Both the position numbers and the translations under genes were made by a program. The notes under the pieces are model-generated. The model ran no database searches, had not been told where the DNA came from, and worked only from the letters and a program-made list of their open reading frames with translations. DNA of 24,000 bases, taken from assembly GCA_902782635.1 (NCBI GenBank), contig CACZNT010000058.1:4173-28172 (forward strand). Direction: 5' to 3'. Each line of letters begins with the position of its first letter. Positions within the stretch are counted from its first letter, which is position 1. Shown in pieces: positions 14,181-22,024 of this stretch. The DNA comes from an uncultured Coriobacteriaceae bacterium (lineage in GTDB: Bacteria > Actinomycetota > Coriobacteriia > Coriobacteriales > Atopobiaceae).

Positions 14181-16865
14181 ATGTCCAAGAACGCAATCAG
14201 GCAGAAGAACGCCACGCTGGAGCGCAGCTGGCTCATCCACATCGCATCGCTCGACGACGAGCAGCTCTTCGACGAGCTCTCGACGCGCAGGAGCGGCCTC
14301 GGGCCGGACGAAGTCGAGAGCTCCCGCGAGCTCCACGGCGAGAACCTCATGGCAGGGGCCGAGCGTACGCCGGCCATCGTCCGCCTGCTGGGATGCGTCG
14401 CCGACCCGTTCGTCCTCATCCTCATCGTGCTGGGCATCGTCTCGCTCATCACCGACGTCATCCTCGCCGCGCCCGGCTCCACCGATCCCGCCACGCCCGC
14501 CCTCATCGCGGGCATGGTGGTGGTCTCGGTGGCCCTGCGCTTCGTGCAGGAGTCGCGCGGGGAGTCGGCCGCCGAGGCGCTCGCGGAGTCCATCGAGACC
14601 ACCTGCAACGTCGAGCGCGCCGGCACGGGCCGCCGCGAGATCCCGCTGGACGAGGTCGTCGTCGGCGACATCGTCCACCTGGCCGCGGGCGACATCGTCC
14701 CCGCCGACATGCGCCTCATCGCCGCGCGCGACCTCTTCGTGGGCGAGTCGTCGCTCACCGGCGAGAGCGAGCAGGTGGAGAAGCACGACCGGCCCATCGC
14801 GGACGCCGCCTCGCCGCTCGAGGCCGCAAACCTCGCCTTCCTCGGCACCACGGTGATATCGGGCACGGGCATCGGCGTCGCGGTGGCCGTCGGCCAGTCC
14901 ACCATGCTGGGGACTATCTCGAAGAAGCTCTCCTCCACGGCCAAGCAGACGGCCTACGATCGCGGGATCGCCGAGGTCTCGGTCCTGCTCGTCCGCCTCA
15001 TGCTGGTCGTGGTGCCCATCGTGTTCGCCATCAACGCGCTCACCAAGGGCAACTGGCTCGACGCCCTGCTCTTCTCGCTCTCGGTGGCCGTGGGCCTCAC
15101 GCCGGAGATGCTGCCGATGATCGTCACCGCGTGCCTGGCCAAGGGCGCGGTGGACCTCTCGCGCGAGCGCGTCATCGTCAAGCGGCTCGACGCCATGCAG
15201 AACCTCGGCGCCATCGACGTCCTGTGCTGCGACAAGACCGGCACTCTCACCGAAGACCGCGTGGTGCTCGAGCGCCATCTCGACGTTGCCGGCGACGAGT
15301 CGGTGACGGTGCTGCGGCACGCCTTCCTCAACAGCCACTTCGAGACGGGCATGCTCAACCTCATCGACACGGCCATCATCGACTGCGCCCATCGCGAGAC
15401 GGGCCTGGATGACGACGCTCTGGTGGAGGACCACTACGCGGTGGACGAGCTCCCCTTCGACTACGAGCGCCGCCGTGTGAGCGTCGTGGTAGGCGATGCC
15501 GCCGGGCGCACGCGGATGATCACCAAGGGCGCCATCGAGGAGATCCTCTCCATCTGCGACAAGGTGGAGTACCAGGGCGTCGTCCATACGCTCACGCCCG
15601 AGCTGGGCGACGAGCTGCTCGAGCGCGGCCATCGGCTGGCTGCCGACGGCATGCGCGTGCTGGGCGTGGCGCGCAAGGACGACCCGGCCGGCGTTGGCTC
15701 GCTCACCACCGACGACGAGAGCCAGATGACGCTCGTCGGCTACCTGGCGTTCCTCGACCCGCCCAAGGCAGACGCCGCCGAGGCCATCACGGCGCTCGGG
15801 GCCCACGGGGTCGCGACGAAGGTCCTCACCGGCGACTCGCTGCGCGTGGCCTGCCATGTGTGCGAGAGCATCGGCATCCCCACCGAGCTTGTGGCCGACG
15901 GCGCTACGCTCGAGGGGCTCGACGACCGGGAGTTTGGCGAGGTCGTCGCCAAGGGGACCGTCTTCGCCAAGCTCTCCCCCGACCAGAAAGTGCGCATCGT
16001 GGAGACGCTCCAGGCGCAGGGGCATGCGGTGGGCTTCATGGGCGACGGCGTCAACGATGCCGCGGCCATGCGCGCTGCCGACTGCGGCGTCTCGGTGGAC
16101 ACGGCCGCCGACGTGGCCAAGGAGTCGGCCGACATCATCCTGCTCGAGAAGGACCTCATGGTGCTCGAGCGCGGCATCGAGGGCGGGCGGCGCACCTTCG
16201 CCAATATGAGCAAGTACGTCAAGCTCACCGCCAGCTCGAACTTCGGCAACGTGTTCTCCGTGCTGGTGGCCAGCGCCTTCCTGCCCTTCCTGCCGATGAG
16301 CGCCGTGCAGCTACTCTTCCTCAACTTCGTCTACGACCTCACCTGCACCGCCATGCCCTGGGACGCCGTCGACGACGAGGTGCTCGCCTCGCCGCGCTCC
16401 TGGGACGCCGGCTCGATCTCGTCGTTCATGCGGTGGATGGGGCCGATCAGCTCGGTGTTCGACATCATCACCTATGCGGTGCTGTTCTTCGCCATCTGCC
16501 CGATGGCGGCAGGCGGCAGCTGGGGCGAGCTGGCCGACGGCGGCGCGCGGGCCGTCTTCGTAGGGACCTTCCAGGCGGGATGGCTGCTCGAGAGCATGGT
16601 GACGCAGGTGCTGGCCGTGCACCTGCTGCGCACCGACCGCAAGCCCTTCTTGGAGAGCCACGCGGCGCCGCTGCTCATGGTACTCGGCTTTGCGGGAGTC
16701 GTGGTGGCGGCGGTGATGTGCCTGGCGCCCGTGGGCTACGTGATCGACCTCGCGCCGCTGCCGGTGGCGGCGCTGGGCGCGCTTGCGGCGATCGTCGTCG
16801 GATACGTGGCCTGCGTGCTCGTGGCGCGCCGCCTCTACCAGGAACGCTACGGCTCGCTGCTGTAG
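14181..16865 (+). CDS. mgtA: magnesium-translocating P-type ATPase
   Basis: Start re-derived to MSKNAIRQKN (RBS GGGAGGGGAGG). P-type motifs TGESEQVEK, DKTGTLTEDRV and MGDGVNDAAAM are present. The MgtA-specific C-terminal region is RTFANMSKYVKLTASSNFGNVFSVLVASAFLPFLPM. 894 aa. Confidence 0.92.
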   Translation: MSKNAIRQKNATLERSWLIHIASLDDEQLFDELSTRRSGLGPDEVESSRELHGENLMAGAERTPAIVRLLGCVADPFVLILIVLGIVSLITDVILAAPGSTDPATPALIAGMVVVSVALRFVQESRGESAAEALAESIETTCNVERAGTGRREIPLDEVVVGDIVHLAAGDIVPADMRLIAARDLFVGESSLTGESEQVEKHDRPIADAASPLEAANLAFLGTTVISGTGIGVAVAVGQSTMLGTISKKLSSTAKQTAYDRGIAEVSVLLVRLMLVVVPIVFAINALTKGNWLDALLFSLSVAVGLTPEMLPMIVTACLAKGAVDLSRERVIVKRLDAMQNLGAIDVLCCDKTGTLTEDRVVLERHLDVAGDESVTVLRHAFLNSHFETGMLNLIDTAIIDCAHRETGLDDDALVEDHYAVDELPFDYERRRVSVVVGDAAGRTRMITKGAIEEILSICDKVEYQGVVHTLTPELGDELLERGHRLAADGMRVLGVARKDDPAGVGSLTTDDESQMTLVGYLAFLDPPKADAAEAITALGAHGVATKVLTGDSLRVACHVCESIGIPTELVADGATLEGLDDREFGEVVAKGTVFAKLSPDQKVRIVETLQAQGHAVGFMGDGVNDAAAMRAADCGVSVDTAADVAKESADIILLEKDLMVLERGIEGGRRTFANMSKYVKLTASSNFGNVFSVLVASAFLPFLPMSAVQLLFLNFVYDLTCTAMPWDAVDDEVLASPRSWDAGSISSFMRWMGPISSVFDIITYAVLFFAICPMAAGGSWGELADGGARAVFVGTFQAGWLLESMVTQVLAVHLLRTDRKPFLESHAAPLLMVLGFAGVVVAAVMCLAPVGYVIDLAPLPVAALGALAAIVVGYVACVLVARRLYQERYGSLL

Positions 16866-16870
16866 GGCGC

Positions 16871-16951
16871 GTGACAGATGGGGACTGTCCCCAAGTGTCA
16901 CGCAGACCTGACCCTTTTGGCATGACAAAGGGGACTGTCCCTTTTGTCATG
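16871..16951. repeat. type-A repeat, type-B half-site and a complete type-B palindrome; the last hairpin plus its T-run is a likely intrinsic terminator of mgtA
   Basis: GTGACAgatGGGGACtGTCCCCaagTGTCACgc at 16871-16903, agACCTGACCCTTTTGGCATG at 16904-16924, and CATGACAAAGGGGACtGTCCCTTTTGTCATG at 16921-16951, followed by TTTTG. Confidence 0.85.
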
Positions 16952-16972
16952 TTTTGCGGCGGAGGCTATGAT
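16944..16972 (+). promoter_or_regulatory. candidate promoter for yjjI-yjjW: -35 TTGTCA (16944-16949, inside the repeat arm), 17-nt spacer, -10 TATGAT (16967-16972)
   Basis: Hexamers and spacing were read directly from the sequence. The RBS AGGGAGGAACG and the ATG at 17002 follow ~30 nt downstream. Confidence 0.35.
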
Positions 16973-17001
16973 GGTATGACCGGCAATGCAAGGGAGGAAC
17001 G

Positions 17002-18513
17002 ATGAGCGAGTTCATGGACATCATCACGGCGAGCAACCTCACCTACCAGCAGAAGCTCATTCACCTGGCGCAGGCCGCCGAGAACTGCGAGCACCCCATC
17101 CCCACCACGCCCGAGTTCGACCGCCTCTTCGAGGCCGACGCGCTCTGCGACATGCACGAGGGCAACGCCCCCTACCGCCCGCGCTACATCTGCGTCGACT
17201 TCGAGAAGTTCGCGCGCCAGGGAAGCGAGTTCCTCCGCCTCGACGCGCCGGACAACATCGACGACCTCATCGCGAACCTCGAGATCATCTACCAGAACAT
17301 CCCCAGCGTGACGGGCCGCCCCGTCTACTGCGGGCAGCTCGACCGCATCTTCGAGCCCTTCATCGCCGATCTCGACGACGACGAGGTCCTCCCCCGCCTC
17401 AAGCGATTCCTCAACTTCATCGACCGCACCGTCGCCAGCGGCTACTGCCACGCGAACCTCGGCCCCGAGGAGACGCGCGCGGGACGCCTGCTGCTCCAGG
17501 CCGACGCCGAGGTGCAGAACGCCATCCCCAACTTCACCCTCAAGTACGACCCCGACGTCACGCCTGACGACTTCGCACGCCTGGCGCTCTCGACCTCGAT
17601 GGCCTGCGCGAACCCGGCCTACGCCAACCACCGCATGCTCCGCGAGACCTACCCCGTGCCCGAGGCGGGCTACCCGGACGGCTACACGGTGGTCTCCTGC
17701 TACAACGTGCTCCCCCTGCGCGGCGGCGCCTACTGCCTCGACCGCATCAAGCTGCAGAACCTCGCGAGCATGGCCGAGGGCGTCGACCACTTCCTCGACA
17801 CGCTCGTCCCCGAGGCGACGGGCGCGCTGCTCGACTACATGAACGCGCGCGTCACCTTCCTCGTCGAGGAGTCCAACTTCTTCCAGAGCTCGTTCCTCGT
17901 GCGCGAGGGCCTCATCGAGCGCGAGCGCTTCTGCGGGATGTTCGGCGTCATCGGCATGCACGAGTGCATCGAGCGCCTCCTGCCGGGCAAGGTCTACGGC
18001 ACCGACGCCGAGGCCAACGACCTGGCCGACGCCATCATGGCCAAGATCACCGCGCAGGTGGAGGCGGCCCCGGCCGTCTACTCGGAGGTGGCGGGCGGCC
18101 ACTTCATGATGCACGCGCAGGCCGGCTTCGGCGACCAGCTCGAGTCGACGCCGGGCGTGCGCATCCGCGTGGGCGAGGAGCCGGAGGTCTTCTTCGACCA
18201 CCTGCGCCACTCCGCGCGCATGCACCGCTTCTTCACCGCGGGCGTCTCGGACATCTTCCCCGTCGAGCCTACGGCGACGTCGAACCTCGACGCCCTGCTC
18301 GACGTCGTGAAGGGCGCCTTCGCCATCGATGACAAGTACCTCTCGTTCTACCCGAGCGACTCCGACCTCGTGCGCATCACTGGCTTTTTGGTGAAGCGCT
18401 CGGAGATGGAGAAGTTCGCGCGCGGCGAGGCAGTGCTGGCCGACACGAGCCACGACGGCGAGGGCAACTGGCGCGCCAACGCGCTCGGCGACCGCAAGGT
18501 CCGCATGGGATAA
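17002..18513 (+). CDS. yjjI: small glycyl-radical enzyme of unknown function, YjjI-like
   Basis: 503 aa, lying 6 nt upstream of a glycyl-radical activase gene. The C-terminal SDLVRITGFLVKR fits the RVxG[FWY] glycyl-radical fingerprint about 40 residues from the end. Size and pairing match the YjjI/YjjW family rather than the 750-850-aa PFL-type enzymes. Assignment is from memory of the family, not from a search. Confidence 0.7.
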   Translation: MSEFMDIITASNLTYQQKLIHLAQAAENCEHPIPTTPEFDRLFEADALCDMHEGNAPYRPRYICVDFEKFARQGSEFLRLDAPDNIDDLIANLEIIYQNIPSVTGRPVYCGQLDRIFEPFIADLDDDEVLPRLKRFLNFIDRTVASGYCHANLGPEETRAGRLLLQADAEVQNAIPNFTLKYDPDVTPDDFARLALSTSMACANPAYANHRMLRETYPVPEAGYPDGYTVVSCYNVLPLRGGAYCLDRIKLQNLASMAEGVDHFLDTLVPEATGALLDYMNARVTFLVEESNFFQSSFLVREGLIERERFCGMFGVIGMHECIERLLPGKVYGTDAEANDLADAIMAKITAQVEAAPAVYSEVAGGHFMMHAQAGFGDQLESTPGVRIRVGEEPEVFFDHLRHSARMHRFFTAGVSDIFPVEPTATSNLDALLDVVKGAFAIDDKYLSFYPSDSDLVRITGFLVKRSEMEKFARGEAVLADTSHDGEGNWRANALGDRKVRMG

Positions 18514-18519
18514 GACGCC

Positions 18520-19371
18520 ATGTCCGAGCTGGCGCCCGTCAACAAGATCATCCCCTTCTCCCTGGTCGACGGGCCGGGGAGCAGGACGTCCGTATTCCTC
18601 CAGGGGTGCAACATCGCCTGCGAGTACTGCCACAACCCCGAGACGCAAACGCTGTGCATTGGCTGCGGGACCTGCGTCGCGGGCTGCCCGGCTGGCGCGC
18701 TCGCACTCGCTGACGGGCGCGTGAGCTGGGATGAGGGCGCCTGCGTGGGCTGTGACGAGTGCATCCGCGTCTGCCCGCACAGGGCGAGCCCCAAGATCCG
18801 GCTGATGAGCGCCGACGAGGTGTTCGAGCAGGTGGCGGGCTATGCGCCCTTCATCCGCGGGGTGACGGTGTCGGGCGGTGAGTGCATGCTCTGGCCGACG
18901 TGGCTCGAGCGCTTCCTCTCCCGCTGTCGAGGCGCGGGCCTGGGCACGCTCATCGACTCTAACGGGACGGTCCCCTTCTGGGAGCACCCCGAGCTCATGG
19001 AGGCTGCCAACGGCGTGATGCTCGACGTGAAGGCCTGGGACGCCGATGTGGCCGAGCGCCTCACCGGGCAGGGGCGTGCGCTCACGGAGACGGTCCACGC
19101 GAACCTCGCCTGGCTCGCGCGGGCGGGCAAGCTCGAGGAGGTGCGCGTCGTCGTGGTGCCCGATGGCTGGGGCGATGCCGAGGAGACGCTCGCCGGGATT
19201 GCGCGCACGCTGGGCGGTTTGGCTGACGATACGCGGCTCAAGCTCATCCGATTCCGCAACTTCGGCGTGGTGGGAAAGCTGGCCGGCGCACCGTCGCCCA
19301 CCGACGAGCGCATGCAGGGGCTGGAGACGCTCGCCTGCGAGCTCGGCTTCCGCACCATCGTCCTCACCTGA
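18520..19371 (+). CDS. yjjW: glycyl-radical enzyme activating protein (radical SAM), YjjW-like, with two ferredoxin-type auxiliary cluster motifs
   Basis: FSLVDGPGSRTSVFLQGCNIACEYCHNPET matches the GRE-activase N-terminal CX3CX2C region. CIGCGTCVAGCP and CVGCDECIRVCP are present. GVTVSGGEC is the SAM-binding GGE motif. Confidence 0.88.
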   Translation: MSELAPVNKIIPFSLVDGPGSRTSVFLQGCNIACEYCHNPETQTLCIGCGTCVAGCPAGALALADGRVSWDEGACVGCDECIRVCPHRASPKIRLMSADEVFEQVAGYAPFIRGVTVSGGECMLWPTWLERFLSRCRGAGLGTLIDSNGTVPFWEHPELMEAANGVMLDVKAWDADVAERLTGQGRALTETVHANLAWLARAGKLEEVRVVVVPDGWGDAEETLAGIARTLGGLADDTRLKLIRFRNFGVVGKLAGAPSPTDERMQGLETLACELGFRTIVLT

Positions 19372-19372
19372 G

Positions 19373-19549
19373 AAATGAGTCAATAGGGACGTAGTCAACT
19401 GACTCATTTTTGCTGCAATAACCAACATCCCGTGGGCCTTTTCCAACAAACTCTCCTCTGACCGGAGCCGTTGTCAACGCGATGTTGGTTAGCCACCTAC
19501 CCCTGGCCTCAAAATGAGTCAATGGGGACGTAGTCAACTGACTCATTTT
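19373..19549. repeat. 177-bp composite element: two 38-bp palindromic direct repeats flanking an 11-bp-stem inverted repeat; R1 may double as the yjjW terminator
   Basis: R1 at 19373-19410 is AAATGAGTCAatagggacgtagtcaacTGACTCATTTt, followed by T. R2 at 19512-19549 is identical except for one base (A/G). The internal TAACCAACATC (19419-19429) is perfectly complementary to GATGTTGGTTA (19481-19491). No coding capacity. Confidence 0.85.
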
Positions 19550-19555
19550 CACCGG

Positions 19556-19580
19556 CGCAGACCTGTCCCCTTTGTCATGC
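19556..19580. repeat. type-B repeat half-site
   Basis: gcgcagACCTGTCCCCTTTGTCATGc has the same motif as 13968-13987 and 16904-16924. Confidence 0.8.
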
Positions 19581-19677
19581 GGTCCAATTTCGTCTGCCGT
19601 GTCGGATACGATCCCAAATCGAGTATCCTCATAGACCCGATGACGCAGACCTGCGCGGTCTGCCCGAGAGGAGAACG

Positions 19678-20718
19678 ATGTCGTTCGACCCGCGCCACGA
19701 GGACTACCAGAGGATGGGCCTGCGCTTTGCCCGCACCCTGGACGAGACCGACCCATATGGGACGGTCCGTGCGTTCTCGGCGTTTGGCCGCAGGTTCTCG
19801 CAGAATCGCGACTCGCTCCCCCAATCGGATGGCGACCGCGCCTTCCACCTCGTGGCCGAGGCCACCAACCTCATCGACTACCAGCTCCCCTTCGTGGCAG
19901 ACGAGGAGTGCCTGCCCATGATCGAGCGGGCGTCGCGCATGCTCCAGGAGGCGATCGACCTCGACGCGGGCTGCCACGATGCCCATCGCATGCTGGCGGC
20001 CTCCACCACCTCGGGCTTCGAGAGCTACTACCGCTTCCTGTCGGACGGCGCCGAGGCCGTGCTCGCGGATTGCACGCGCGAGCGCGACGAGGCGCGCCGC
20101 CTTCCCGGGACGAACGAGCGGCGCCTGGGCAGCGAGCTCGCCATGCGCCCCTACGTGCGCTGGGCGGCGATGCGCTCGGCCAAGGCCCTCATCTGCGGAC
20201 GCTACCGCGAGGCGCTGAGGCTCGCCTTCGAGCTCCTCGAGATGTTCCCCTCCGATCCGGCCGACGTCCGCTTTACGGCCGCGCTCGCCTACGCAAAACT
20301 CGAGGACGAGGCAGGTCTCGACGAGCTCGAGCGGTCCATGCGCGCCCGCTTCGCCAAGCGCGGGACCGACGCCTGGATGCTCCTCGCGCGCATCGCGCTC
20401 GCCCGCAAGAGCGGCAGCGACCGGATGGCGCGCTCGTTCCTGCTCCGCCTCATCGAGACCTACCCGCATGCGGCGCTCACGCTCTTCCGCCAAGACGAGC
20501 TGCCCGACGGCGTGTTTTCGCGCCTCGCCGTGGCGCCGCTTAGCGAGGACGAGCTCATACTGGCCGTCTCCGAGGCGACGGTGCTGCTGCAGGAGGGCAT
20601 CGACTCCGACGAGCGCGGGCCGCTTGGCACCTGGCTCGCCGAGCAGCCCGAGGTGGCGCTCGCCCGCGCGGCTGCGGGCAAGGGCAAGGGCGCTGCCACG
20701 GGACGGAGCGCGCGCTAG
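19678..20718 (+). CDS. hypothetical protein, alpha-helical/TPR-like, paralog 1 (346 aa)
   Basis: RBS GAGAGGAGAACG lies before the ATG. Strong GC3 bias. No signal peptide or TM helix. A/L/R/E-rich helical repeats. Clearly alignable to the next gene. Ends in a basic G/K/A tail. Confidence 0.8.
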   Translation: MSFDPRHEDYQRMGLRFARTLDETDPYGTVRAFSAFGRRFSQNRDSLPQSDGDRAFHLVAEATNLIDYQLPFVADEECLPMIERASRMLQEAIDLDAGCHDAHRMLAASTTSGFESYYRFLSDGAEAVLADCTRERDEARRLPGTNERRLGSELAMRPYVRWAAMRSAKALICGRYREALRLAFELLEMFPSDPADVRFTAALAYAKLEDEAGLDELERSMRARFAKRGTDAWMLLARIALARKSGSDRMARSFLLRLIETYPHAALTLFRQDELPDGVFSRLAVAPLSEDELILAVSEATVLLQEGIDSDERGPLGTWLAEQPEVALARAAAGKGKGAATGRSAR

Positions 20719-21687
20719 ATGGACGGTCGTGCGGAGCTCGTGCTGAGATGCGCCACGCGCAGGCGCTCGGAGCTGGGCGGCCTCTCGGATGCCGCCTATT
20801 CCGAATTGCTCGCGAGCGTCGAAGCCAATCCGGAGCGCTTCGTCACCACCACCGCCGACGAGTCGTTTGCCGAGGTCGTGCGTGCGCTTGCCCAGATGGA
20901 GGCCGACGCTGCAGATGACGACCTCCTCGACGACGATCAGTACCTGCGGGCGCGCTCGCAACGCCTGGCCCGTCTCTCGGAGGCATGCGACCGCGCCCTC
21001 GCGCTCGATGGCGACAATCTCGACGCGCGCCTGCTCAAGATCCTCGCCGCCGACGAGCGGCCCGACGTGCTCATCGCACAGCTCGAGGCGCTCGACCGCG
21101 AAGTGCGACCCTCCGACGAGCAGGCCGAGCCCGTAGGACAGAGCTGGTCGAACGTCTACGCGCGTCCCTGGCTGCGCCTCAAGGCCGCGCTCTCGCGCAC
21201 CTATCTCGAGGCGGCCCGCTACCGCGCGAGCGCGAATGCCTGCGAGCAGCTGCTGTCGCTCTCGCCCGATGACGAGCTGGGCGCGCGTCTCACCCTGGCG
21301 CTCGCGCTCTCCAGGCTCGAGGACGAGGCCGCGCTCGATGCGCTCGACGCCCGCTTCGGCCGACGCGGAAATGCCTGGCTGCACCTCGCGCGTGTCCTCG
21401 TGCTCTACAAGCTCGACCGTCTGCCGGCGGCCCGCCGCGCCCTCAGGGGCTTCTGTGAGCTCTGCGATGGCGGGGCGAGCGCGCTTTTGCACCCCATGTT
21501 CGTTGACATCTACCTGCCCGACCGGCCCAGCTTCACCCCGGGGAGCTTCGAGGAGGCGGCCATGGCCGTGCGCGAGGCCGACCCCATCGTGGTGGACACG
21601 CCCGACTTCATTGGCTGGTGCGCCGAGCAGCCCAGCGTCACGGAGATGGCCGAGCGCTACTCCGACGAGCACGGCCTCGACTGGTAG
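20719..21687 (+). CDS. hypothetical protein, alpha-helical/TPR-like, paralog 2 (322 aa)
   Basis: The ATG directly abuts the upstream TAG (20716-20721). Shared blocks with paralog 1 are RPWLRL/RPYVRW, SPDDELGARLTLALALSRLEDEAALDALD/FPSDPADVRFTAALAYAKLEDEAGLDELE, RGNAWLHLARV/RGTDAWMLLARI and WCAEQPSV/WLAEQPEV. Confidence 0.8.
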   Translation: MDGRAELVLRCATRRRSELGGLSDAAYSELLASVEANPERFVTTTADESFAEVVRALAQMEADAADDDLLDDDQYLRARSQRLARLSEACDRALALDGDNLDARLLKILAADERPDVLIAQLEALDREVRPSDEQAEPVGQSWSNVYARPWLRLKAALSRTYLEAARYRASANACEQLLSLSPDDELGARLTLALALSRLEDEAALDALDARFGRRGNAWLHLARVLVLYKLDRLPAARRALRGFCELCDGGASALLHPMFVDIYLPDRPSFTPGSFEEAAMAVREADPIVVDTPDFIGWCAEQPSVTEMAERYSDEHGLDW

Positions 21688-21813
21688 CCGCACGCCGCGG
21701 ACAAGAGCCGAGTCGCCCCTCATATTTGCCATCCTCACCGGGACGGATGCGGCACCTGATGCGTATGAGCGGTCAACTGGCACATCTGATGCCTCGACGA
21801 GAAGGGCACTACC

Positions 21814-21996
21814 ATGGAGTTTGAGGATCTCGCCGAGGAGCAGAAGGCCAAGGCACGCTCCTGCAAGAACGCCGAGGAACTGATTGCGCTTGCCGCGAGC
21901 GAGGGCATCGAGCTCACAGACGATCAGCTCAAGCATGTTGCAGGCGGGATCGGCCAAAGCTGCATGACCATGCACGTAACCTGGTCGTCTGATTAA
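21814..21996 (+). CDS. candidate Nif11-like double-glycine leader peptide precursor (RiPP or bacteriocin-type), 60 aa
   Basis: MEFEDLAEEQKAKARSCKNAEELIALAASEGIELTDDQLKHVAGG / IGQSCMTMHVTWSSD. The leader pattern AEELxALAxxxGxELTxxQL...VAGG is followed by a 15-aa core. RBS AGAAGGG lies 8 nt upstream. 45 of 60 codons end in G/C. A hairpin follows downstream. Confidence 0.55.
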   Translation: MEFEDLAEEQKAKARSCKNAEELIALAASEGIELTDDQLKHVAGGIGQSCMTMHVTWSSD

Positions 21997-22024
21997 TCTG
22001 GCGCAACAAGGGCGGCTGCACCTC

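Noticed and set aside
531-16025. Other long shadow ORFs: 531..1406(-), 1656..3101(+), 3457..4368(-), 3513..4460(+), 4502..5722(+), 5710..7185(+), 7282..8901(+), 9266..10765(+), 10747..11706(-), 11583..12440(-) and 14130..16025(-), plus the many 60-250 aa ORFs nested in them.
   Set aside because: - Each overlaps, antisense or out of frame, a gene with clear family motifs.
- Their compositions are Arg/Pro/Gly/His-rich with no recognisable domains.
- Several span intergenic regions and repeats, which real genes here do not.
1698-16865. N-terminal extensions in the ORF track: pdp to 3350, permease to 4712, ATPase to 7242, psuK from 10609, membrane protein to 14196, mgtA from 14136.
   Set aside because: - The extensions overlap upstream genes, repeats or promoters.
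- They are R/G/P-rich and lack RBSs.
- Internal starts with good SD sequences give family-typical lengths and N-termini.
16675-16950. Small ORFs starting in repeat units (for example MTKGTVPFVM..., MSQLTTS...) as possible conserved micro-proteins.
   Set aside because: - They are by-products of the palindromic repeats: the ATG comes from the CATGACAAAGGGGAC arm.
- They run antisense into real genes.
- They have no RBS.
18520-19371. The radical-SAM protein as the missing maturase for the downstream Nif11-like peptide.
   Set aside because: - Its N-terminus (VDGPGSRTSVFLQGCNIACEYCHNPET) and size are those of glycyl-radical activases.
- It is tightly coupled to the YjjI-like GRE.
- It has no SPASM/twitch C-terminal domain or RRE-like domain.
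- A terminator-like repeat block and 2.4 kb separate it from the peptide gene.
19373-19549. The composite repeat element as an IS element or integrated mobile gene.
   Set aside because: It has no coding capacity for a transposase or integrase and I see no obvious target-site duplication. It is therefore called only as a MITE-like or structured repeat.
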